A stretch of DNA of 55,315 bases from a virus (taxonomy: Duplodnaviria; Caudoviricetes): the IMG/VR virus record IMGVR_UViG_3300020171_000034, positions 1 to 55,315 of that record. One strand, written 5' to 3'. This document shows, piece after piece, positions 18,931 to 28,005 of the stretch (positions are counted from its first letter, which is position 1; every line of letters begins with the position of its first letter). A program made the translations under genes and the position numbers. A model generated the notes under the pieces. The model made no database searches and was not told where the DNA came from. It saw only the letters and a list, made by a program, of their open reading frames with translations.

Positions 18931-21299
18931 TTTAAGTCCCTCCAATTTATTCCTGATTTAATTTCAATAGGGATGTAAAATTCCCTACCTTTAATCTTGA
19001 GGTCTACCCTCATACATCTTTTTAGTTCATCATAAACAAACTCTTTCTTCTTTGGGGGATGTTGAACAAGAAGTGAGTCATGGACTTGAAGAAGAATTTC
19101 AATATTGTGATTTGTTTTACACACTTCGTTGTAAAACCTAAGCAATCCTGTGTTCAACACACTTGCCACAGTCTCTTGTGGAACGTATGCAATAGCCTCC
19201 CTAAAAAGCTGTTCACTAATTCTGTCAAAAAAGATTCTCTTTCTCCCAAGTGGGGTGATAAGTGTCCGATTGACTTTAATCTGGTCTTCAACATTTTTAT
19301 GCCATCTGGCAAGGTTGGGTGAGGTGTCATAGTATTTTTGGATAAGGATTTTTGCCTCAGCTGCTGAAATGCCAAGTTGTTCAGAGACAGCAACCCACGT
19401 GCTTTTGTAATTACACATGTGGCGTGTTCGCTTTGCTTTATAATATAAAGATTCAGTGTCCCTTCCAACAGCGTCTTTTTCTTCCATGTCAGCTTTGACC
19501 TTATCTTCGCCTACACCCCAGATAAGATTTGCTGTGTATGTGTGGATGTTCTTACCTTCATTTATAAGTCTTATAAGATGCTCATCTTCACAAAGATATG
19601 CAACAACCAACGCCTCCGCTCCTACAAGGTCACACTCTGTGAATATCATTCCTGGGTCTGAGGTAACCATATCACGAATCTTCTTTGGGAAGTTTTGCAG
19701 GTTTCGCCCAGAACCAAAAACACTTTCAGATGAACTAATCCTTCCTGTGTTTGTTCCAGCAATGTTGAAGGATGTATGAAGTCTTTTATCAATGGGGTCT
19801 ACATCAATATCAATGTAGTTTGAAATAAGGGTTTGTTGTTCTTTTGCTTTCACAATCATCCGAAGCTCAGGACTTTTTTTGCTTAAACTCTCAATCGCTT
19901 TTTTGTTTGTTGTGGGTTTGCCTGTTTTTCTGTTGATGATTTGAGGAAGACCTAATGATGCAATCAACCCAAGCACTTGTTTTGGGGAGTTTGGATTAAT
20001 CCCACCAAGTTGCTCTAAAACTCTTTGCTGTTCAACTTGAAGTTCTGGTTTTAGAATGTCCTCATATTCCTGCCTTTTTGCTTCATCAAACCCAACCCCT
20101 CTAAGCATCATAAACAACAATGGTTCAACCATTTCTATCATGAAGTTAAAGGTGTGCCTTACACCAAGCAGGTCAATCTCTTTTTCAAGGGCACTCATAA
20201 CTTCATACGTCACTGCCGAGTCTTTTGCATTATATGTCCAAAGTCTGTTAAGGTCAGTCATGTCTGCCTGCCACACTTTAAGGTCATCTTTATAATACAA
20301 CTCATCGGTGTAAACTGAAGCAAGGAAAGCAAGGGATTTTACCTTCATCGTTCCACCTTTTTTCTTCCCATAAATGTCCTCTTGTCCTGCAAAGTCAGGG
20401 TAGCATGCATGTTGTGCAATGAGCGTATCATACCAGGGCTTGGATGGAAGGATGCCAAAAGCACGAACAAGGTATTGAATGTCATAGGCAATGTTTTGCC
20501 CAACCTTTGTGAAATCTGGATGTGTAAGCATATGTTCTATGTCTTCAAGTACAACTTTCAGCTTTGAAATCCCACCCCAAAATCCCTTTGTTGTAGGTAT
20601 AGACATAGCCTCATCTTTTGAAAATGCAAGACTAATGCAGACAATTTGGTTAAAGGCAGTCTCTATGTCGTAGGTTAGGAATGGCTTTTCAGGGCGTGAA
20701 AGGTCATTATAAGATTTGGTCATGAAGGTTAAAATATCCTCATGGGTTGGTGCAATCATCAGATTCCTTTGTGGTCTCACCACCTCTGGAAATTTTGACT
20801 GTGCTAAGGCTTTTTTAAAATCAAGAGAAACAATCACACTAAGTCTCCATTGACGTAAAACAGCGGCAGGGTGGTAAGTTCCAAGAACTTTCACAACCCT
20901 CCCTGATGGAAGTTTACACTCCAGAATTGACCCTCGCCATTTTCCGATAGAGGTTTGTCCTGTTAGAGCCCAGAGTGCATCAGCGCCAAGAGCAATGAAA
21001 ATATTAGCTTTACACCCATCAAGCTCTTGTAAAAGTTCATCTCTTGCCTGGAGCAGCTCAGGTTTTGGGGTAGCTCCTTTCCAGTAAATGGAAAAATCAT
21101 TTCCAGGGGGTCTGGTTTTGACAACATTGGTTATGTAACACTCCTGACGCATGATGTTGATGGAATGGAGTTTCATGTTCAGGACATTTCCTGCAGGACC
21201 GCAGAATGGTCTGCCCTCAAGTTCCTCGGTTGCACCAGGTGCTTGACCAATGATGGCGATGAGGCTGTCTTTTGAGCCTTCTGGAGGGACTATAATCAT
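18927..21299 (-). CDS. polA: Family A DNA polymerase with N-terminal family-4 UDG-like domain and 3'-5' exonuclease
   Basis: GQAPG, GRPFCGPAG, TYHPAA (UDG); YDIET, NIAYD, YNAKD (Exo); TGRISS, NLQN, DLVGAE, AKRTRHMCNY, VHDS (Pol). Confidence 0.93.
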   Translation of the reverse strand: MIIVPPEGSKDSLIAIIGQAPGATEELEGRPFCGPAGNVLNMKLHSINIMRQECYITNVVKTRPPGNDFSIYWKGATPKPELLQARDELLQELDGCKANIFIALGADALWALTGQTSIGKWRGSILECKLPSGRVVKVLGTYHPAAVLRQWRLSVIVSLDFKKALAQSKFPEVVRPQRNLMIAPTHEDILTFMTKSYNDLSRPEKPFLTYDIETAFNQIVCISLAFSKDEAMSIPTTKGFWGGISKLKVVLEDIEHMLTHPDFTKVGQNIAYDIQYLVRAFGILPSKPWYDTLIAQHACYPDFAGQEDIYGKKKGGTMKVKSLAFLASVYTDELYYKDDLKVWQADMTDLNRLWTYNAKDSAVTYEVMSALEKEIDLLGVRHTFNFMIEMVEPLLFMMLRGVGFDEAKRQEYEDILKPELQVEQQRVLEQLGGINPNSPKQVLGLIASLGLPQIINRKTGKPTTNKKAIESLSKKSPELRMIVKAKEQQTLISNYIDIDVDPIDKRLHTSFNIAGTNTGRISSSESVFGSGRNLQNFPKKIRDMVTSDPGMIFTECDLVGAEALVVAYLCEDEHLIRLINEGKNIHTYTANLIWGVGEDKVKADMEEKDAVGRDTESLYYKAKRTRHMCNYKSTWVAVSEQLGISAAEAKILIQKYYDTSPNLARWHKNVEDQIKVNRTLITPLGRKRIFFDRISEQLFREAIAYVPQETVASVLNTGLLRFYNEVCKTNHNIEILLQVHDSLLVQHPPKKKEFVYDELKRCMRVDLKIKGREFYIPIEIKSGINWRDLK

Positions 21300-21499
21300 A
21301 TATGTTTCCTTAGAAGCTTCAGTTCTAAATCATATAAATTGTCAAATGCGGCTGCAACTCGTTTTACTTCTTCAACAGTAAGGTGGTCTGATTTTGCCAT
21401 TAAAATCAAAGTTTGAATCATTCCACATAACGTGAAAAGCACTTGGTTTCTATTCTTCCATCTTGGCTTGTTGCTGGATTTTTTGACTTTCTTTTTCAT
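21296..21499 (-). CDS. Hypothetical protein
   Basis: ORF coupled to polymerase start. Confidence 0.5.
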   Translation of the reverse strand: MKKKVKKSSNKPRWKNRNQVLFTLCGMIQTLILMAKSDHLTVEEVKRVAAAFDNLYDLELKLLRKHI

Positions 21500-21592
21500 C
21501 CCTCTTTCTCCTTTACCGCCTGCATAACAGCATTAACAACAATAAAGATAGACCCCAACAAGCATATTCCAAGAAACACATAAACTGCAATT

Positions 21593-21796
21593 TCAATCAT
21601 AATTTTCCCTCCATATACACCCTGAATTAAGCAAACATCCATCTCTTTCATACTGAGGATTGTAATATTTACAATGTTGCATCACATTTGCCCACACCTC
21701 TTCCTTGTTTGTTTGTGGACAAGCCATGATTGGGAAAGAAAGAGCTTCCTTTATTAAAAGCTTTCTGAACTCATTTATCTGTTTCTTGGAGCTCAT
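21593..21796 (-). CDS. Hypothetical protein
   Basis: ORF in tightly packed - strand operon; four Cys. Confidence 0.5.
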   Translation of the reverse strand: MSSKKQINEFRKLLIKEALSFPIMACPQTNKEEVWANVMQHCKYYNPQYERDGCLLNSGCIWRENYD

Positions 21797-22086
21797 TATT
21801 CTACCTTAAATACCTTTTTCAAATAATCTGTGCCAAAGGCAGTAAATTCTGTATAGTTATATGGAGACGTTTCCATTGCAGATGTTGTTCTTTTTCCATG
21901 AACTTCCCCATCTTTCCACCAAAAATATAATCTGGAGGTGGTGGGTGGAAAAGTGTGATGAAAGTCCCATTCAAACGCATATTCTGAAAATTTTGATTTT
22001 GCATCATATTTATCCTCACCAGAACCAAGCAGTTCTTCTTCAACTTGGTCTTTGATTTTAGTAAATTGTTCTAATGTCAGTTTCAT
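21796..22086 (-). CDS. Hypothetical protein
   Basis: AGGAGG RBS; operon packing. Confidence 0.6.
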   Translation of the reverse strand: MKLTLEQFTKIKDQVEEELLGSGEDKYDAKSKFSEYAFEWDFHHTFPPTTSRLYFWWKDGEVHGKRTTSAMETSPYNYTEFTAFGTDYLKKVFKVE

Positions 22087-22102
22087 AAAGAGACCTCCTT
22101 TT

Positions 22103-23419
22103 TTAAGTTCCTATTAAATCTGCAATTCCTGCATCCTTCATCTTAATCGCTTGAGCCACATTACTCAAAGCAAGATTGTAGTATTTCAAATCCAGCTCAA
22201 AACCTATCGGCTTACACCCCCTCTTCAATGCAGCAACAAGGGTTGAACCACAACCTGCAAATGGGTCAAGGACAATATGACCTGGGAGGCACATACGCAT
22301 AACAAGTTCTTCTATAAGCTCTACTGGTTTCTGAGAGGGGTGTTCTCGCTCTGCTGTTGGCACACCCACATAAGACAGGACATTCACCGTTCCTTGTTTA
22401 GCAAGCACAGCATCACCCCTGAGTCCATAGACAAACAAGTCATAACACCGATTAAAATAAAGCTCTGGGCGGTTTGTTCTTGCTGTGTTTGAGCCCCTAA
22501 CCCAGATGCCAGGAATAACATCCATTGAGAAACCCTCCTTGCTCCATAGGTCTATAAGAAACTGGGCGTTTTGAAACCCACAAAACATTAAAACTGCTGC
22601 GTTGTCTTTGAGAACTTTGGAAGATTTCTGAATCAAGGTTGTGAGGACTTCTTGAAAGTTCACTTTTGAATCATCATACTGGTCAGCATAAGATGCTTTA
22701 GGAAGTTCACGATTTTCAAACCTCTGATTAAAGACATCTATTCCATAAGGTGGGTCAGAGATGAGGGCATTGATAGATTTTGGTGGGAGGCTCTCAATCA
22801 GATTATTACAATCTCCAAAGAAGACAATGCTTTTTGCTCTTAATCCATAGTCTGTCTTGCTTTTTCTGAGCCCAAGTTCTGCTTTGGCTTCATCAATTTT
22901 AAATTTCTTCAGGGCTTTAATAGCCTGCTCTCTATTACTACATCCTTCAAACACTTCTGGGACAGTTTTCAACGCCTCTGCAAGGTCAATGTATGTGTAA
23001 ACTGCACCAACACTCATTTTTGCCTGGTCAGCGGTTTTCTGCAATCCCCATCCCTTTCCTCCTTTTGCAGAGAGAATTCTATGCAGGTCTTCAGTTGCAA
23101 AAGCATCCTCTTGCCATGTAAACTGCTTGCGTTCTTTGTTCTCCATTATTTCCAACACCTTGTTGTCAAGTTCTTCATCAGTCTCAACAATAGCACGAAC
23201 AGGAAATTTGAGTTCAAGGCAAGCCTTCGTTCTTCTTTCTCCAGCAATAAGTGTGTATGTTCCATTTCCGTTGTCTCTAACTTGAATGGGAGTAATGTTC
23301 TTTTTTGTGAAGGAAATGGCTTCTTTAAGAGATTCCAGGTCTCCTATCTCCAAGCGAGAACGTTTTGGTGGAATGGTAATGTCCTTTGGGTCAAGCCAGA
23401 TAACTTTTTCTTCTTCCAT
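22103..23419 (-). CDS. ParB-like domain fused to N6/N4 DNA methyltransferase (beta class)
   Basis: PIQV..YTLIAGERR..EN.ER (ParB); SDPPYG precedes HPSQKP and LDPFAGCGST. Confidence 0.9.
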   Translation of the reverse strand: MEEEKVIWLDPKDITIPPKRSRLEIGDLESLKEAISFTKKNITPIQVRDNGNGTYTLIAGERRTKACLELKFPVRAIVETDEELDNKVLEIMENKERKQFTWQEDAFATEDLHRILSAKGGKGWGLQKTADQAKMSVGAVYTYIDLAEALKTVPEVFEGCSNREQAIKALKKFKIDEAKAELGLRKSKTDYGLRAKSIVFFGDCNNLIESLPPKSINALISDPPYGIDVFNQRFENRELPKASYADQYDDSKVNFQEVLTTLIQKSSKVLKDNAAVLMFCGFQNAQFLIDLWSKEGFSMDVIPGIWVRGSNTARTNRPELYFNRCYDLFVYGLRGDAVLAKQGTVNVLSYVGVPTAEREHPSQKPVELIEELVMRMCLPGHIVLDPFAGCGSTLVAALKRGCKPIGFELDLKYYNLALSNVAQAIKMKDAGIADLIGT

Positions 23420-23429
23420 GTTTTCTCCT

Positions 23430-23648
23430 TTATATCACAGCCACAAATTTGATATCATCCTCTTTAAAATATAGGTGAATGTAGCCTTGTATTTTTTCTG
23501 CTGTAACTATAGCAGAGTCTGGACAAAAACTTTTAAAGAGGGGTAGACCTACATGTATATCACCACTTGAAATACTTATAATCCCTTTTGCATATAGAGG
23601 TAGAAATTCTCTATACATTAAAATAGCTTTCTCCTTTAAGTCTTCCAT
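23430..23648 (-). CDS. Hypothetical protein
   Basis: GGAG RBS; operon packing. Confidence 0.5.
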   Translation of the reverse strand: MEDLKEKAILMYREFLPLYAKGIISISSGDIHVGLPLFKSFCPDSAIVTAEKIQGYIHLYFKEDDIKFVAVI

Positions 23649-23659
23649 TGTTTTTTCTC

Positions 23660-23887
23660 CTATTCTGAAAGTTTCTGCATCAACGATGCAATTTGTTCCT
23701 TGTCAAGCTTTTTAATAAGGTTGGTAAGTTGTTGCTCCTTGTTTGTTTTTATAGCCTTCGGTGCTTTGGTAGAGGCTGCCTTTGGTGTCTTGATGATTCT
23801 ACATCTTACCAAAGCAAGGACTCTTTCTTCAAGCTCCTCTTCTGTCATCTCCTTTACGCTTTTTTCCAAAAGGTCTTTTAGTTCCAT
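23660..23887 (-). CDS. Hypothetical helical protein
   Basis: Acidic helix, Lys/Ala linker, C-terminal helical hairpin. Confidence 0.55.
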   Translation of the reverse strand: MELKDLLEKSVKEMTEEELEERVLALVRCRIIKTPKAASTKAPKAIKTNKEQQLTNLIKKLDKEQIASLMQKLSE

Positions 23888-23889
23888 GT

Positions 23890-24069
23890 TTACCCTCTCC
23901 AACCTTCAAGGAACGCCCAGGGATTTGCACCCTCTTTAACCCCTGCGATGTAGTTTAGGATTAGTTTTCTGACCAACCATGACACCATTCGTGGCTCAGG
24001 AAGAAGCCTGCATAGTTCTTTGAATGTCTCTTCTTTAATGTCAACGTGGATTTGGTGGTGTTTTTCCAT
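23890..24069 (-). CDS. Putative ribbon-helix-helix DNA-binding protein (59 aa)
   Basis: HQIHVDIKEETFKEL...VSWLVRKLI pattern; GGAGG RBS; below ORF cutoff. Confidence 0.5.
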   Translation of the reverse strand: MEKHHQIHVDIKEETFKELCRLLPEPRMVSWLVRKLILNYIAGVKEGANPWAFLEGWRG

Positions 24070-24393
24070 CTATACCTCCTTTTGCATAAATTGTTCATAA
24101 ACTTTCTCCATGAGTATCAGTTTACACGACTCTCTTCCATACTGACATGTTGTTCCCTTCATTTCATTCACAAGTGCAATCTGCTCATTTCTTGGAAGCC
24201 CAACCACCCAACGAAACATTGTGTTCATGTCTGCTGCAGTTGCACTGGCACAGCCTCCCATTTTACCAAAATGGGTGTGGATGTAAATGAGTTGTTTTGT
24301 TTCAGGGTCTCTTGCGAAAACAACAAACATATTCCCACACGCTGTTCTTAGCCTCCATGTCTTAGATGGGTAAAAAATGTCAGGTTTTATCAT
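24070..24393 (-). CDS. Stand-alone TSCPD-like domain (class II RNR C-terminal type)
   Basis: RTACGNMFV, GKMGGC, KGTTC, ESC match the Cys pattern of NrdJ C-terminal domains. Confidence 0.65.
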   Translation of the reverse strand: MIKPDIFYPSKTWRLRTACGNMFVVFARDPETKQLIYIHTHFGKMGGCASATAADMNTMFRWVVGLPRNEQIALVNEMKGTTCQYGRESCKLILMEKVYEQFMQKEV

Positions 24394-24651
24394 TCACTTA
24401 CTCTGTTGCCTTAATGTTTCTGAAATCCACCACTTGTAACCATTGGGGTGGAATCTTAACCTTTTCTCGTTGTCTATATTCAGGTAGAATGGTTGTCCTT
24501 TTTTAATTTCATCTCTTAACTCAGAAATTGTGATAGTGTTTGGGTTAACTTTTCCCTCTGGTTCTTGATACATTCTCCAAAAGTAGCCAAGAGATGCGAC
24601 AAGAAAAATTAAGGTTGTGATAACAAAAAACCATTTAACAAAGTCTTTCAT
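24394..24651 (-). CDS. Membrane-anchored hypothetical protein
   Basis: N-terminal TM followed by LGYFWRM; similar motif in 31180-31386. Confidence 0.55.
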   Translation of the reverse strand: MKDFVKWFFVITTLIFLVASLGYFWRMYQEPEGKVNPNTITISELRDEIKKGQPFYLNIDNEKRLRFHPNGYKWWISETLRQQSK

Positions 24652-24765
24652 TTTACCTCCTCCTTTTTTGTGTTTGAGCAAGAGGAAGAGGCATAGGAGA
24701 ATTCATGAAAATCCTTCCTCTTTTTATTTGGAGAAACCTCTTGCTCATAATCTATTTAAGCCACA

Positions 24766-25161
24766 TTACGCCTTAAACACTTTGGATATTCTGGTTTGCT
24801 CACCATAAGCAGGGTCTTCTTTTGTGATTACATTAATACCTATGGTTTTTCCTGTAATGTCATCTGCCAACTCACATCCAAGAGCTTTGTAGAATGTTTT
24901 GACAAACCCCATTGATTTTTCTGAGAAATAAAGGTCATGCCAAATGTTACCTTGACCTGGAACACCTATTGTGATATGCATCCTTACCATTGCTGGGTCA
25001 GCGGTATTCATCTCTTCTCTGGTGATGGCTGTTGTGCCTTCGTTGTTCCATAATTCGCCTGTTTTAAGCTGATACTCTACCTTCTGAATTGTGCCTGTGT
25101 GTGGACCATCTGCAATTCCTACCCTAACTTTGCTTAAGTCAATGTCAAATATTCCTGGCAT
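24766..25161 (-). CDS. Putative ssDNA-binding protein (DUF669-like)
   Basis: DGPHTGTIQKVE..IWHDL..FYKALG..ITGKTIGI; next to Sak4-like ATPase. Confidence 0.55.
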   Translation of the reverse strand: MPGIFDIDLSKVRVGIADGPHTGTIQKVEYQLKTGELWNNEGTTAITREEMNTADPAMVRMHITIGVPGQGNIWHDLYFSEKSMGFVKTFYKALGCELADDITGKTIGINVITKEDPAYGEQTRISKVFKA

Positions 25162-25214
25162 TTCAATCCTCCAAATACGTAATATGCATCCCAAAGGGAT
25201 GTGGTTTGTTGTGT

Positions 25215-25367
25215 CTACTCTTTTGTGTTTTGCTCATCTAACCCCAGCTCATCATCCTCCCGCTCAAGTTCACCTATTTGTGTCTCATATTCTTCTATTG
25301 CCACACAGAAAGGACACTCTCTTCCTTCATAACAAATCTCTTTATGCCCTTCACTACATACTGTCAT
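25215..25367 (-). CDS. Small Cys/His protein (50 aa)
   Basis: MTVCSEGHKEICYEGRECPFC; acidic tail. Confidence 0.5.
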   Translation of the reverse strand: MTVCSEGHKEICYEGRECPFCVAIEEYETQIGELEREDDELGLDEQNTKE

Positions 25368-25378
25368 ACCTTTCCCTC

Positions 25379-26137
25379 CTATTTTAGATATTTACTCAAT
25401 TCCTGAAACGTGGCTGGTTTAATCAACTCAGGCACACTCAACCTTGAACCCGCTTGAAAGAACCCTGTCTTGCGTGTTCTCCAAACGTAATCACCTCCTT
25501 CAATTTTTTGTCTGTATAGTTCATCAATGTGTTTACCTAAACCTTTCCCCATGTTTTTACTTGGTGCGTATGGGAACTCTGACAAGACAATGCCAGTTTT
25601 TTCTTCCACTTCTGTGGCGACATGATTGACCAAGATGATGTATGGGATGGGAAGTGTTCTAAGGTTTGGTAAAAACTGTCCTGCCAGAATACCTGTCAAT
25701 GTCCCAAAATCATTTTGTCTGATAGAAGGAATTTTGTTTATCCATAAAATCATTTCCATCCAGATGCGGAACATAGATGTCATGGAGTCTATAACAAGGG
25801 TTTGGAAACCTTCTTTGTTTTCTCTCAAGGTTTTCATATACTCGTTGTATTCTTTGATGACATCAACGGATTCTGCTGTATGTTCTGGTGGGTCTCCTTT
25901 GCTCATCTTCCCACCCATATCTGTGACGAAACTCAAGTCATGAACTTTCTGTTTACATAGAGCTTTCACAAAAATCTTTTCAAAATCCTGAACAACAAGA
26001 CTCCCATCTTTGTTCTTTGCATGTTTTAGTGATTCTGTTCCGTTGACATCAAATTCAAGGTAGCACATTGGCTTTGGGAATGTGCCAGCAGAAACACTCT
26101 TGCCTGTGAAGCTTTCTCCAGCTAACATCAATATCAT
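25379..26137 (-). CDS. AAA_24 / Sak4-like ATPase
   Basis: GESFTGKS Walker A, LVIDSMT Walker B, ILVNH. Confidence 0.8.
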   Translation of the reverse strand: MILMLAGESFTGKSVSAGTFPKPMCYLEFDVNGTESLKHAKNKDGSLVVQDFEKIFVKALCKQKVHDLSFVTDMGGKMSKGDPPEHTAESVDVIKEYNEYMKTLRENKEGFQTLVIDSMTSMFRIWMEMILWINKIPSIRQNDFGTLTGILAGQFLPNLRTLPIPYIILVNHVATEVEEKTGIVLSEFPYAPSKNMGKGLGKHIDELYRQKIEGGDYVWRTRKTGFFQAGSRLSVPELIKPATFQELSKYLK

Positions 26138-26313
26138 TTCTTTCCTCCCTCCCATTTTTTATAACACTCATCTACAAACTTCTCCTTGTTGAAATTGCCA
26201 TAACTATCTGCAAGTCCTGATGCCACGATTGCAAAGATTTCTTCATTGAATCCTACCCTTCTGGCGAGGTGGATAGAAATGTCAACAAGGTTTTGATAAT
26301 CTTTTCTTGTCAT
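26134..26313 (-). CDS. Small hypothetical protein (59 aa)
   Basis: MTRKDY...NFNKEKF pattern; GGAG RBS. Confidence 0.55.
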   Translation of the reverse strand: MTRKDYQNLVDISIHLARRVGFNEEIFAIVASGLADSYGNFNKEKFVDECYKKWEGGKK

Positions 26314-26336
26314 TTTTTCTCCTATTCTGTTCAGTT

Positions 26337-26507
26337 CTATAATTCAGTTCTGGTAAAAGGAAGTGAGATGTGAATAGTCCTTCTCCCAAGTCTCACTTCT
26401 AAACATTTCTCTATATACCACATTGTTGCAGCATCTTTCAGCTTTATGAAAAATCTGCGTGGAATGATGTCACTTTTATAGTTTGAGAGAATGCTAAATA
26501 GTTTCAT
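26337..26507 (-). CDS. Hypothetical protein
   Basis: GGAGG RBS before MKLFS. Confidence 0.45.
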   Translation of the reverse strand: MKLFSILSNYKSDIIPRRFFIKLKDAATMWYIEKCLEVRLGRRTIHISLPFTRTEL

Positions 26508-26520
26508 TTGTCCTCCTTTT

Positions 26521-26760
26521 TCACTCCTCAGCATCTTCTACCTTCTCCAAAAAGACAATCAACGCTCCTCCTTCATCCTTCCCCATTGTCCATTTACCGT
26601 CAGCATGAGTAGGCAAAAAAACAGCCTTATCCTTAAAACTTCCAAACTGTCTTAAATCAAAATCAACAGGAAAACTTATGGTTTTAGCATAAGCAATCTT
26701 GACATTTTCGTTTTCTTCTTCCTTTTCTTCTTCCTTTTCTTCACATCTATACCTTTGCAT
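26521..26760 (-). CDS. Hypothetical protein
   Basis: GGAGG RBS; acidic N-terminus. Confidence 0.5.
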   Translation of the reverse strand: MQRYRCEEKEEEKEEENENVKIAYAKTISFPVDFDLRQFGSFKDKAVFLPTHADGKWTMGKDEGGALIVFLEKVEDAEE

Positions 26761-26920
26761 TATTCATCCTCCCACTTTTTTACTTCTGGTTCAAAAAAAC
26801 TTAGGAAACAATCATTACAGAAATCTCCATCTTCTGTTTGATGCAAAAATTGACCTTTTATCACATCCACCTCCCTCCCACATTCTTCGCATTTAAGTGT
26901 CGGAAGGGGTTTTTGGGGTC

Positions 26921-27796
26921 TCATGTATTTCTTTCCTCCTTTGCTCCTCCTATTATCTCCCTATTTTCGTATGGATGCCAGGGCTCTACAACATATTTTC
27001 CAGGTATTTGAATCTCCTCCACACCGTATGGGTCTGGATACATTGAACAAAGCTCAGTGTATTCACATGAAAACCCAGGGATGATAGGGACACAATTATC
27101 GGTGTTCTTTGGATGGAAGTCCTCTTCATCACAGACAACGATTTCATCATACCATGCAGAGATATTCCTTGCCCAATCCTGAGCACTCCATTTAGTCTTT
27201 AAGATTCTCATTGCAAGATGCCTCTGGGCGGGCTTTTCATGAAAGTGGATAATGTCAAGCACACCACCAAAGGGTTGTTTTCCATAAAGAGTTGAAAGAG
27301 CTGTGATGTAACCATCCATTTGCATGTTTGGTTCTGCACGATTGAGCCACGAGTTACCACCAATTGTGGTTGTTTTGTGTTCCATGATACCAACACCAAG
27401 TGTGGGAGAATCCACAATTCGGTCTATTTTCCCTATGAAAACAAAATCTCCATGTTTGGAGTGCACATCTATTGCAAAACCAACCTCAACATCTATTGTT
27501 TTATACTCTTCATCTTTCCACCTTGCAAAGTATGCATTGAGACCTTCAACCCCAGTGGTGAGATTTCGTTTAGGGTCTTCTTGGGTGACAGAAGACATGG
27601 CATTTTTGAATGCAGTGGTAGAAAGCGTTTGGTCTTTTGTTCTATTCCATGTTGCAAGTGCAATGTGAATTGCCTTCCCAAAATCACGAGCAATGCCTGT
27701 TGTTGTGAGATGGCGATGCATGCGCCAGTAGTGCATTCGTGGACATCGCATGAAGTGTGCAAGTGTGGAATAGTCTAACCATTTTTGGTTGTTCAT
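26921..27796 (-). CDS. PD-(D/E)XK exonuclease, Cas4/RecB-like
   Basis: CPRMHYW, FGKAIH, GKIDRI, EHKT, QMDGY, C-terminal C..CEYTELC (1+3 Cys). Confidence 0.85.
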   Translation of the reverse strand: MNNQKWLDYSTLAHFMRCPRMHYWRMHRHLTTTGIARDFGKAIHIALATWNRTKDQTLSTTAFKNAMSSVTQEDPKRNLTTGVEGLNAYFARWKDEEYKTIDVEVGFAIDVHSKHGDFVFIGKIDRIVDSPTLGVGIMEHKTTTIGGNSWLNRAEPNMQMDGYITALSTLYGKQPFGGVLDIIHFHEKPAQRHLAMRILKTKWSAQDWARNISAWYDEIVVCDEEDFHPKNTDNCVPIIPGFSCEYTELCSMYPDPYGVEEIQIPGKYVVEPWHPYENREIIGGAKEERNT

Positions 27797-27813
27797 GAAT
27801 TCTCCTTTTATTT

Positions 27814-27989
27814 ATACTGCGCAGCAGGATTCCAGTTTAGAAGCACAGAAGTCTTCTTTTATGACTACCTGCAAGTGATTGGGGTTGGCGTGGACTACTC
27901 CATAACTAAGCCCCACATTCTTTGTGTTATGACACATAGCGTCTGTTTTTCCCCTATACATCTGGGGGTGTTTCCACCATACGCAGTAT
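27814..27989 (-). ncRNA. Candidate structured RNA (~176 nt)
   Basis: ORF-free gap closed by 10-bp helix AUACUGCGUA/UGCGCAGUAU; GGUG-GAAA-CACC and several other hairpins. Confidence 0.45.
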
Positions 27990-28005
27990 CATGGATGCAC
28001 CAAAC

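Noticed and set aside
18927-21299. Modified-base (hmU or Z) genome implied by the unusual polymerase
   Set aside because: No purZ, dCMP deaminase, hydroxymethylase or dNTPase genes recognised
26921-27796. CRISPR-Cas system
   Set aside because: Only a Cas4-like nuclease in a recombination module; no repeat-spacer array or other cas genes seen
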